From: a virus
Taxonomy: Duplodnaviria > Caudoviricetes
IMG/VR virus record: IMGVR_UViG_3300049182_000044
Coordinates: 160,001 to 224,000 of that record
Strand: one strand, 5' to 3'
Length of the DNA stretch: 64,000 nucleotides
This document shows positions 1 to 7,995 of the stretch, in pieces. The position numbers were made by a program, and so were the translations under genes. Position 1 is the stretch's first letter, and the number at the start of each line of letters is the position of its first letter. The notes under the pieces were generated by a model. It had not been told where the DNA came from and made no database searches. It worked only from the letters and a program-made list of their open reading frames with translations.

Positions 1-2791
1 CGCTGGTCATGTCCTCATACAGCAGCGTAGCAACGTTTCCGTTAGTAGCCAGCACAGCCGCACCATCATAGGCCACGAATGAAGCATCCCCCGGGATGTT
101 TTGCGGGTTTACCGTGAACGTGATCTGTTCAGGTGTCGAAGTGCCGTCTGCGTTGATACGGAAGATCTGCGACGTAGCGTTCAGGAACAAGGCCTTAGCG
201 TCTTCCCCTGTGCCACCTGGATCGGTAGGATCAATTCCACCACCTTCATTTGCTCCACCGCCTGGGCCACCTGTACCGCCAAACGACAAGGACATGATTT
301 CGTCACGAGTCATGTAGCGTTGCGAAAGCTCTTCGCGCGTAATCAGACGTGTCTTCGACTTACCTGTGAGGAATACGATTGCGGTTGCTTTGACCCCATC
401 TTCCTTGTCGATGCCGGGGATGATGAACTTGTACTGGTTGGTATTCGACACGTTGTAGTCGGTACCCATCTGCATCACAGTGTTGCCAAACAACAGCGTG
501 TTGTTCTCATTACCCACATCGAGAACCGGAACCGCATCGTAGAACGCATGGCGATAGTCCGACTGCCCACGCTTCAAGTTGAATTGCGAGAAGATAATCG
601 CGTTGCAGTACTCCTTACGCGGCTTCGAGATGTAACGCCATACTTCCACCTTAGAGCCAACTGGATGCTGCTCTGCAAACACAATCGTGCCGGACGAAGC
701 GTTGTACTGAGAAGCGTGAACGTACAGGCCACCTACTGAAATAATGTGTGCCTGTACGGAAGCACCTGCAGGAACTTCCGTGAGCGTGTACGTCTGCGTA
801 TTAGCGGCAATCGTGAACTGAGTACGATCACAGATCAACTCCTCACCGTCGTCTTCAACAGCCTCGAAAGCAACAATGTCGATTTCGTAGCCATCTGGTA
901 CAAACTGAGGCAGCGTAACAGTGCCGTTTGTCTTGTTCACCACGTTCAGCATCGGGTCTTGCAGCTGACCGCCCACGAACACCATTGCAAAGTCAGGACT
1001 CAAACCTGCGCTGTAGGTACGCGTAGCACCATTACCTACGAAGGTCGAGCGAGCCGAAATGATCTTGTTCGGGTACATATAGACGCCAGCAGGATCGACC
1101 CACTGAGGACCCGTATTCAGACCCAACGTTTCGCGTGCTTCGAGTTCAAGCGCTTCATTGACGAACGCGACTACTACGATCTTCGCACCGGCAGGAACCG
1201 TAACAGAGCTGCGAATCTCGATCTCGTTGACCGACACTTCGTACTTGTCTTTGGCGAGAAGCACGCCGTCAATCGTGACCAACGTGTTGCGCTTTTCAAC
1301 GTACAGAACGTCATTGAGCACAATCGGCTCAACCGGAGACGCTGCTACAACTTCCTTGCGTAGCGCACGGGTCGATGCACCAAGCTCTTCAAAGTTCACG
1401 TACTGAACGATGCTGACATTACCGATAGGTGCCGCTTCGGTGAACGTAATGGAGGTACCTGCGAAGATGTACCTGTTCGGGGAAACGAGCAAGCCATCAA
1501 CGAACACCATGATGTAGAGCGTGCTGTCTGGCACAACTGATGTGAAGAATTCCCAGTCTGATCCGTCAGCCACATACTCAGTCGTAGCAAACGTCAAGAA
1601 TGAACCGTTACTAGGAACACTACGGAAGCCTACGAACTCAACTGGAACTCCAGCTGCAGGAGCCGCACCCAACAGTGTAAGTTCACCATCAAGCGCCATG
1701 CTGTATTCGTTGCGGTTCAACAGCTTGCCGCCGACGAACACCATGTAGCGATCGCCTTGCTCAAACACGCTGCTTGGAATCGAAGCCGACAGCCGGAACG
1801 TCAAGCGTGCACCGTTACCTGTGAAGCTAGCCTTAACTGGAATGTAGTCAGCCGAAACGTTCTGATCTTCTTCACCGACACGGCGCCACGTATTGCGTCC
1901 GACACCGAGAACGTAGTTACGATCAATGTCAGACGTACGCGACGGCAACTGCTGGCGAGTTGCACGCCAGATGTTGATGATCGACTGCTTGGTGAGCGTG
2001 CTGAAGTTCTTTTCGAGGATCGTGAAGTAGTTCGTCTCTTTATCGAAACGTACACGACGCGATTCACCCGCGCCAGGGCCAGACACGATTTGCACGATCA
2101 CTACTTCCTGATCGTTCAGCCAGAAGCCACCTGTCTTCTCAACGTCGAGTATAAACTCATCTACTGCAGGAACATCTTCTACCTCGCCGTGATAGGTGAG
2201 ATCATAACCAAGGAAGCCCCAGTTGAGCGAGCCTGCACCATAACGAACAGCCAGGCTACCCGAAGTCAATATCAAGTTGTTTTCAGGATTGGTGGATTGA
2301 TCTTGCACGACCACCGCATTGGTGTACGACGACTGAGGCTTAACCAGTGTACGAACGCTAGCAGCAGAAGCCAGTGAAGCATTTGTTCCAACTGTGACAT
2401 TGATAACGTCACCCAGGCGAGCTGCGGTCACGTAAATGTACAGCTTCATGCCGTTGCCAACTTCTTTGACATACGGTACACGGAACGTTCCGTGTGCGAA
2501 CAGTTCCCCGCTCTCGAGGTACAGACCTACTTCGGTCAACGTCCAAGTACCACCAGCGATAGGCTCTTTAGACGGAATGAGAAGTGAGACCTTGACAGTG
2601 GACGCACTGACTACTTCGATAGACTCAACTTCACCCGCGTACACTGGATCTTGTGTCAGAGCGATGTCTCCAACGCTCAGCGTAACATCTGGTGCTTCAG
2701 TGACTGCGAATCGCGTCATGTTGACAAGGAATCCGCCAGCCTCAGCATTAGTGATTGCACTAAGCCCAAGGTCGGTTACTAAAATCGCCAT
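1..2791 (-). CDS. Tail fibre / baseplate-attached fibre protein, 5' part (runs off left edge, >930 aa)
   Basis: Not in ORF track; read by hand from ATG at 2791 (GGAG SD): MAILVTDLGLSAITNAEAGGFLVNMTRFAV...WTLTEVGLYLESGELFAHG, typical tail-fibre N-terminal collar motif; follows baseplate wedge genes. Openness of the frame all the way to base 1 was not checked codon by codon. Confidence 0.7.
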   Translation of the reverse strand, partial: MAILVTDLGLSAITNAEAGGFLVNMTRFAVTEAPDVTLSVGDIALTQDPVYAGEVESIEVVSASTVKVSLLIPSKEPIAGGTWTLTEVGLYLESGELFAHGTFRVPYVKEVGNGMKLYIYVTAARLGDVINVTVGTNASLASAASVRTLVKPQSSYTNAVVVQDQSTNPENNLILTSGSLAVRYGAGSLNWGFLGYDLTYHGEVEDVPAVDEFILDVEKTGGFWLNDQEVVIVQIVSGPGAGESRRVRFDKETNYFTILEKNFSTLTKQSIINIWRATRQQLPSRTSDIDRNYVLGVGRNTWRRVGEEDQNVSADYIPVKASFTGNGARLTFRLSASIPSSVFEQGDRYMVFVGGKLLNRNEYSMALDGELTLLGAAPAAGVPVEFVGFRSVPSNGSFLTFATTEYVADGSDWEFFTSVVPDSTLYIMVFVDGLLVSPNRYIFAGTSITFTEAAPIGNVSIVQYVNFEELGASTRALRKEVVAASPVEPIVLNDVLYVEKRNTLVTIDGVLLAKDKYEVSVNEIEIRSSVTVPAGAKIVVVAFVNEALELEARETLGLNTGPQWVDPAGVYMYPNKIISARSTFVGNGATRTYSAGLSPDFAMVFVGGQLQDPMLNVVNKTNGTVTLPQFVPDGYEIDIVAFEAVEDDGEELICDRTQFTIAANTQTYTLTEVPAGASVQAHIISVGGLYVHASQYNASSGTIVFAEQHPVGSKVEVWRYISKPRKEYCNAIIFSQFNLKRGQSDYRHAFYDAVPVLDVGNENNTLLFGNTVMQMGTDYNVSNTNQYKFIIPGIDKEDGVKATAIVFLTGKSKTRLITREELSQRYMTRDEIMSLSFGGTGGPGGGANEGGGIDPTDPGGTGEDAKALFLNATSQIFRINADGTSTPEQITFTVNPQNIPGDASFVAYDGAAVLATNGNVATLLYEDMTS

Positions 2792-2805
2792 TATAGACTC
2801 CAATC

Positions 2806-3468
2806 TTATTCAATAGTTATGTGATCTTCCCTGAACGGCCCTGCCGCACCGAAAGCGATATCTGACGTAGGAAACACCTCAATCAGATTGAATCGCTCGA
2901 TAACGAGTGCCGCTGGTGCGAAATCGTAGAATAGCTCTTTGATTCGTCCGATCAGCGAAACGCCTGGGCCGAGCTGAAGCTCTTCAAGTCCGAGAAGTGC
3001 TACGCCAAGCTCGATATGCGTTGTTTTAAACCAGACTCCACCTTCATCGACCAGTGGACCTTGCGGTTCGAGATAGAAGTTGACGTAGTCTTTCGTGTAC
3101 AGGTTTTCGACTTCCGTTGTAGCGTTCAGCACCAGGTCGATGAACTTGACGAATATCTCAGTACCATTTGAATCCGGGTACATCGAAAGCTGCGTAGCGA
3201 TCTTCGTCAAATTATCGGCATTTAGATTCAGAACGTCTTGCGTCAAGTCGAAGCCTAGCAGTCGCGCCGTGTACTGGAGGATGTTGTCATCCGAATTTTC
3301 GCCGATGAAGCGAATCTTCTCTAACTGTGCAACTGGATTCTCGACGTTCGTGTCCATAACCTGGGCAAACACGTCAAGCATGTCTGCCCAGGTAGGGTTA
3401 CTGGTAACAATCGGTACGGCTAGATCAAGCAAGTCGGCCTGCGGTTTATCCAGAAAGTCATCTGCCAT
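2806..3468 (-). CDS. Baseplate wedge protein (P2 gpI / T4 gp7-like)
   Basis: 220 aa, directly after baseplate J-like gene (1-nt overlap), LxxxARLLGFD segment; synteny. Confidence 0.6.
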   Translation of the reverse strand: MADDFLDKPQADLLDLAVPIVTSNPTWADMLDVFAQVMDTNVENPVAQLEKIRFIGENSDDNILQYTARLLGFDLTQDVLNLNADNLTKIATQLSMYPDSNGTEIFVKFIDLVLNATTEVENLYTKDYVNFYLEPQGPLVDEGGVWFKTTHIELGVALLGLEELQLGPGVSLIGRIKELFYDFAPAALVIERFNLIEVFPTSDIAFGAAGPFREDHITIE

Positions 3469-4928
3469 TATCGCCTCGACATAGCTGAAGGAGCACGCTC
3501 AGTGTATCGAGCACTAATGCTCAAAGTTCCTAACTCGAAGTACGCCAGTGGATCATGCTTTCCATCCTCGTCTAGTGCGACGAGGTCTTCCATTGGCTCT
3601 GCGATCTCCATGTAGTCAACATCAATCGTAGCGCAATCCATAATGTCGTACAACGAAACACGCTTGCCCAGTGTATCGGTCGTGCGATTGAACAGTGCCC
3701 GGATGTTTGCTTCAACTACTGGCACAACTTCTTCAGGCATCGCATTGGCTTTTAGAGCCAGCGTAACGTCAATGTCACGCACGATCTTCCTTGGGTTGAA
3801 CTTCTGAATCTTGATTGCAGCATGAGACTTCGTTCCGAACCACTCTAAGAATGATTCCCATTCGCTATCGGAGAAAGCCTCTCCCTCTTCAGGAAGAATG
3901 CAGATACGAATCACGTTCATCCAACGAAGGTCTTTTGGAGCAATGTCCTTCTGCGCCTGAATGGTCACCGACGCAACACCTGGATACGAGGATGTGATTG
4001 CTCGATAGTCCGGAGGATTCACTGCGCGCTTACGTGCCTTGTAGAGATGCGGTGCCAGGAATTTGTAGTAGGTCGAATCTTTTTGATCTGCTCCACCCGA
4101 AATTACGCTCGTCGTTACACCTTGAATGTCAGGCGCTGTACTAAGCTGAATTTCAAGACCACGGCCACCGTTGTTGCCCACACGACCGTTAGTCGTAGTG
4201 TACGTGATGACGATGTTACTGCCGATTGACGGGAGACGGCCTGAATGCCCGTCACCGAACGCCAACACCGTGTCACCCAAGCCTGACGTAGCATCGTAGT
4301 ACACAGGATCATCTGGCCCGGCTGTCCAGATACCGTCGTCGATCACTTCCCACAGCTCACTTGTGTTAAGCGATGGGTTGACCAGCTCGACTTGAACGTC
4401 TGTATTCGATACGATGAATCCTGGCTCATTGAGATAAATTTCGCGGAACGAAGTCGAATCAGCTGGAATGGTTTGCGTCTTCACAGTGCCTTCAAACAGC
4501 TTGCCATCTGCCGTGGTTGCCCCAGCATTGAACATAATGGCGTTGCGATTGAAGAACGGCTGCCCGTTGACAGTGAACTGCGTGAACTTGGGTATTAAGC
4601 GCGGATAGGCCGAATCGCCTCCACGACTCAGCCTAACATCACATCCAGCAGGATTCTTTCGATTGATACGCACACCCAACATACGGGTGATCGCGTAGAT
4701 CGAGCTTTCACGAACAGCGGTATGAAGGAAGCCTTCACGCGCTGCAACTTCAACTGCGAATTGGTTAAATGTGCCAACCGCAGCCATCATTTCGATCAAC
4801 GTTTGACCAGTGGACGAGGTAAGCAAGTCGTTCCACGTTGCGCGTGAGTTCAGGAACAGCTGCAACTGAACAACCAAGGACTCGAAGTCTGGTTTCGTTT
4901 GCGATAGTTGTAATGGTACGCCAGCCAC
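3468..4928 (-). CDS. Baseplate wedge subunit (T4 gp6 / baseplate J-like)
   Basis: 486 aa, GTG start with GGAGGA SD; DFESLVVQL, TAVRESSIYAITRMLG, LAFGDG, GGAD, RAVNPPDY motifs of gp6. Confidence 0.85.
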   Translation of the reverse strand: MAGVPLQLSQTKPDFESLVVQLQLFLNSRATWNDLLTSSTGQTLIEMMAAVGTFNQFAVEVAAREGFLHTAVRESSIYAITRMLGVRINRKNPAGCDVRLSRGGDSAYPRLIPKFTQFTVNGQPFFNRNAIMFNAGATTADGKLFEGTVKTQTIPADSTSFREIYLNEPGFIVSNTDVQVELVNPSLNTSELWEVIDDGIWTAGPDDPVYYDATSGLGDTVLAFGDGHSGRLPSIGSNIVITYTTTNGRVGNNGGRGLEIQLSTAPDIQGVTTSVISGGADQKDSTYYKFLAPHLYKARKRAVNPPDYRAITSSYPGVASVTIQAQKDIAPKDLRWMNVIRICILPEEGEAFSDSEWESFLEWFGTKSHAAIKIQKFNPRKIVRDIDVTLALKANAMPEEVVPVVEANIRALFNRTTDTLGKRVSLYDIMDCATIDVDYMEIAEPMEDLVALDEDGKHDPLAYFELGTLSISARYTERAPSAMSRR

Positions 4929-4930
4929 GT

Positions 4931-5338
4931 TTATCCTCCGCTCTTCAAGTTAAAAGTGAACGACGCCGTCTTGTTTCCAAGTGCCGGGATGACGTACACC
5001 AACTCGACGTAATATTGTTGATTCGGGTAATCGGGGAGTACCTCAGCCTTTTTCAGGATGATGCGGTTCTCCCACCGCTCAATCGCTTCGATCAGTTCGC
5101 GCTTGATGCGCAAAACCGTCATGTCGTCCATTGGGTCAAACAGGATGTCCTGTAGCTCGGACCCGAAGTCTCTGCGAAACACTCGCGAAAACTTCTTCGT
5201 ACCAAGGATCGTGATGATCGACTTGTTGATCGAGTCCTCGTTATAAACAAGCTCCAAAGGACTCTCGGTATTGACGTCTAGGTTGACGTCTGAAAACACC
5301 ACCGAAGTAGCGTTCTTTGTAGCAGTTAGGATTTCCAT
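4931..5338 (-). CDS. Baseplate wedge subunit gp25-like (sheath initiator)
   Basis: 135 aa; SINKSIITILGT...RVFRRDFGS.L..ILFDP...AIERWENRI, GPW/gp25 family signature. Confidence 0.9.
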   Translation of the reverse strand: MEILTATKNATSVVFSDVNLDVNTESPLELVYNEDSINKSIITILGTKKFSRVFRRDFGSELQDILFDPMDDMTVLRIKRELIEAIERWENRIILKKAEVLPDYPNQQYYVELVYVIPALGNKTASFTFNLKSGG

Positions 5339-5371
5339 TTGACACCCTAATACGTTTTCTTCACATACCCT

Positions 5372-5381
5372 AAATTACGAT
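5372..5381 (-). promoter_or_regulatory. Putative phage late promoter motif ATCGTAATTT (copy 1)
   Basis: Exact 10-mer also at 17902, 35261, 47952; all intergenic, same strand, 29-74 nt upstream of a start codon. Confidence 0.55.
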
Positions 5382-5389
5382 AAGCGACT

Positions 5390-5686
5390 CTACGCACCGT
5401 TGACTGTGCAATTCGAGCTGCCTTCCATGTTTGATGATCCGCACTCGATAGAATCACCAACCCTAGCCCGCGCTTTACCGCCGGACGTAGCGTTTGGGCT
5501 TCCAGTGGCCTGTACGCTGTCGTGGCAACTGTCGGGATCACAATGAGTTACCCAGTGATCACCGACGCGCACTACAGGCTTACCATTGACCGTATGATTC
5601 GTGCTAGCACTGTCACAAATTCGAGAAGGGAATCCTCCGTGTCCAGTGCACAGATCCACGTTTTGACGAACTTGAGCTGGACACAT
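5390..5686 (-). CDS. PAAR-repeat spike tip protein
   Basis: 98 aa; DLCTGHG, VNGKPVVRVGD..HC, KARARVGDSIECG motifs with Cys/His metal ligands. Confidence 0.9.
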   Translation of the reverse strand: MCPAQVRQNVDLCTGHGGFPSRICDSASTNHTVNGKPVVRVGDHWVTHCDPDSCHDSVQATGSPNATSGGKARARVGDSIECGSSNMEGSSNCTVNGA

Positions 5687-5688
5687 AG

Positions 5689-6552
5689 CTATATCCTTTT
5701 CTCACTTAATTTTCCTGAAGTCCAGCTTCGTTTAATTGCTGCACTTAAATTTTTAGAAATTTTTTCTCGTTGAGCTTGAGTTCTGTTAGCGCCGGCTTTC
5801 TTAGCTGCATCGGATCTGATTTTCCGCATCCGCGACTGGTAGTCAGGGTCAGCCTTTTTACAAACTATACAACTTACCGTATTACTACGAATCATACGCC
5901 AAGGTAGGCGTTCGATGACCGATGCACAGTCCGTGCATCTGTAGTTGTGCTTAATTCGAGCACCTTGATATTCACCTAGGAGTCTCCATTTTCCACACTG
6001 AGTCTCCTTCAGCTTTCTGGAATAGGTACGGGTAGTGTATTTTGTTTCAGTTGAACCACCACCTTTATGGCCAAGCTTCTTAGCACGTAATTCTTCTTTC
6101 TGCTCATCGCTCAAGGAGGCGTAGTGGCTCCGAGTGCGCTCTGCCTGAGCCGCTCTTTGAACCCTACTCCAAGAGTATCCAACGCATCCTTCACCACCAT
6201 TCGTATGGTTAGCTAGTGGCCCTTCTTTTAAGTCACGGCGGCCTATTACTGCTATAAGACGCTTTTCAAGATCAAAAGCTGCTTTTTCGGATACACATTT
6301 GAAGACCCTGTAGCTAGGTAGTTCCCCAGTTTCTTTCTGTATCTTCCGGATAATATTCAGCTTAAGTTTGTTGATTGTTTCTAGCCTAAGAGGATTATTG
6401 AAATGGGAGAACAAGCGTCCTCCCTTTCCCTTTCCGACGTAGAACGGCTCGTGTTCAAAACGATATTTCCCGTACTTACAAGAACCCTTGCGTGAGTCTA
6501 ACAGTACATAAACATAAAAGTCGTTCACGTCTTGTCGTACCTGAGCTGGCAT
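5689..6552 (-). mobile_element. Free-standing GIY-YIG-family homing endonuclease gene
   Basis: 287 aa; FYVYVL..YVGKGKGGR..H, E..LI..IGR.....GPLAN.T.GGEG (GIY-YIG/LEM3-like), C-terminal Zn-ribbons; visibly AT-richer than flanks; sits inside baseplate operon. Confidence 0.8.
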
Positions 6553-6553
6553 G

Positions 6554-6967
6554 TCATGTTACCTTTCCATTTGTTACGAATCCGTGCCAGCCGCAGCCGC
6601 CCATCAAAAGGACTGAGCGGGCGCCACCGCCTGGTACAGCAGGATTATCGCCGTTCAACGTCAAGTCGTGGTAGCCAGTTCCTTCCAGAGTCCAACGTCC
6701 TGGACGAGGACCAATCTCTTCTGGAGTACCTCGGCTACGCGACCAACACATGACGCGATGAGTACCTTTGTCGCCACCGTTCTTTGTGAAGCACACAGGG
6801 CACAGGAACTGAATGCCCTGTGCTTCCTCGATGCTATCTACTTTATGGATCAAGCTGACGGGGCGAGTAACTTCCTTGATTTCCCCGTCCTCGTGCACCT
6901 TGAAGGTGTCCATTTTGTATTCGTGACGAATGAAGCTCGGTTTCAAATCAGTAAGATTCAGTTCCAT
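6554..6967 (-). CDS. Small Cys/His (Zn-binding) protein, DUF6527-like
   Basis: 137 aa; FLCPVC...H...RW...GCGWHGFV pattern; family assignment from memory. Confidence 0.45.
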   Translation of the reverse strand: MELNLTDLKPSFIRHEYKMDTFKVHEDGEIKEVTRPVSLIHKVDSIEEAQGIQFLCPVCFTKNGGDKGTHRVMCWSRSRGTPEEIGPRPGRWTLEGTGYHDLTLNGDNPAVPGGGARSVLLMGGCGWHGFVTNGKVT

Positions 6968-6981
6968 GATTACCTCAGTGG

Positions 6982-7983
6982 TTAAATACCGCCGCCACCT
7001 CCGCCGCCTTGTTGCTGGTCATCTTCATCTTCAGGCTGATTTTCACCCTTCGCATTGCCTGGGAAGCCCGGCCAATCTTTTTCAGTAGTGAGATCAGGAG
7101 TTTCAGGAGTGTTTGCAGGATCTTGAGGTTGTGCAGGAGAATCAGGAGAAGGACTGCCCTCTTGATCTCGCATGAAGCCTGCGTTGTTGATCTGATCACC
7201 TGAAACTTCGATATTGGAGTTGCCTCCAGTTGAATGTTTCCAGTTACCACCAACAGACATCTTCGCGTCTGCGCCTACCGATTCTTCCTGCTTACCGCCA
7301 GTAGTCAGTACAACATCACCCTTGACTGTACCATTGAAGTTACCTTGAATGGTCTCAGCCTTATTGCCGCGAATGACTTCTGTCTGGTTACCGACGATGA
7401 ACTCTTCCTTGTTACCATGAATAATCTCTTTCAGATTACCCTTGATGTGAACTTCCTTGTTGCCTTCGATGACTTCAGTAACGTTGCCTGTGACTGTGAG
7501 CTGCGTGTTACCTTCGATGTACACCTTCATGTCACCTGGATTGCGAATGAACAGCTCATTCGTCTTGGTGTCATACAAGGTGATTGCTTTGTTTTGCAGA
7601 CGCATGGCGATAATACGATCAGGATAGTTGTGCTCCATCTCTTTCATCGCCGTTTTCTTGCTAACGGGATAGCCCATCCACATTGGATTGTCGTCCGATC
7701 CCTCCTGAAACACTAGCAGGACCTTCGATCCCACTTTAGGGATGTAGGCCATGCCAGAGTTTTTGGTAGCACCGTCCCAATGATCGAACATCGGGATGGC
7801 CCAAGGCAGGTGATCGTCTTCGATCCCATCGAACAGGATTGGTACACGCGCCTTGATTCGGCACATGTACTTTCCTTCCTTCTCCTTGCTATCGTCGTTC
7901 TTTACCACCGTGGCCTCGTACCGATATTCCTTAGTGAGGCCCTGGGGCATCGCCATGTCCCTGGAGATATTCAAGAGTGACAT
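6982..7983 (-). CDS. Baseplate central spike, gp5/gpV-like (OB fold + beta-helix, no lysozyme)
   Basis: 333 aa; RIKARVP..LPWA..YIPKVGSKVLLVFQEG...P.W.G OB-fold, then 8-residue E.I.GN repeats. Confidence 0.88.
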   Translation of the reverse strand: MSLLNISRDMAMPQGLTKEYRYEATVVKNDDSKEKEGKYMCRIKARVPILFDGIEDDHLPWAIPMFDHWDGATKNSGMAYIPKVGSKVLLVFQEGSDDNPMWMGYPVSKKTAMKEMEHNYPDRIIAMRLQNKAITLYDTKTNELFIRNPGDMKVYIEGNTQLTVTGNVTEVIEGNKEVHIKGNLKEIIHGNKEEFIVGNQTEVIRGNKAETIQGNFNGTVKGDVVLTTGGKQEESVGADAKMSVGGNWKHSTGGNSNIEVSGDQINNAGFMRDQEGSPSPDSPAQPQDPANTPETPDLTTEKDWPGFPGNAKGENQPEDEDDQQQGGGGGGGI

Positions 7984-7995
7984 GATGTTCCTTTC

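Noticed and set aside
5689-6552. Group I intron interrupting PAAR
   Set aside because: ORF fills the whole insert and no P7/terminal-G intron core was visible; PAAR has its own SD and start
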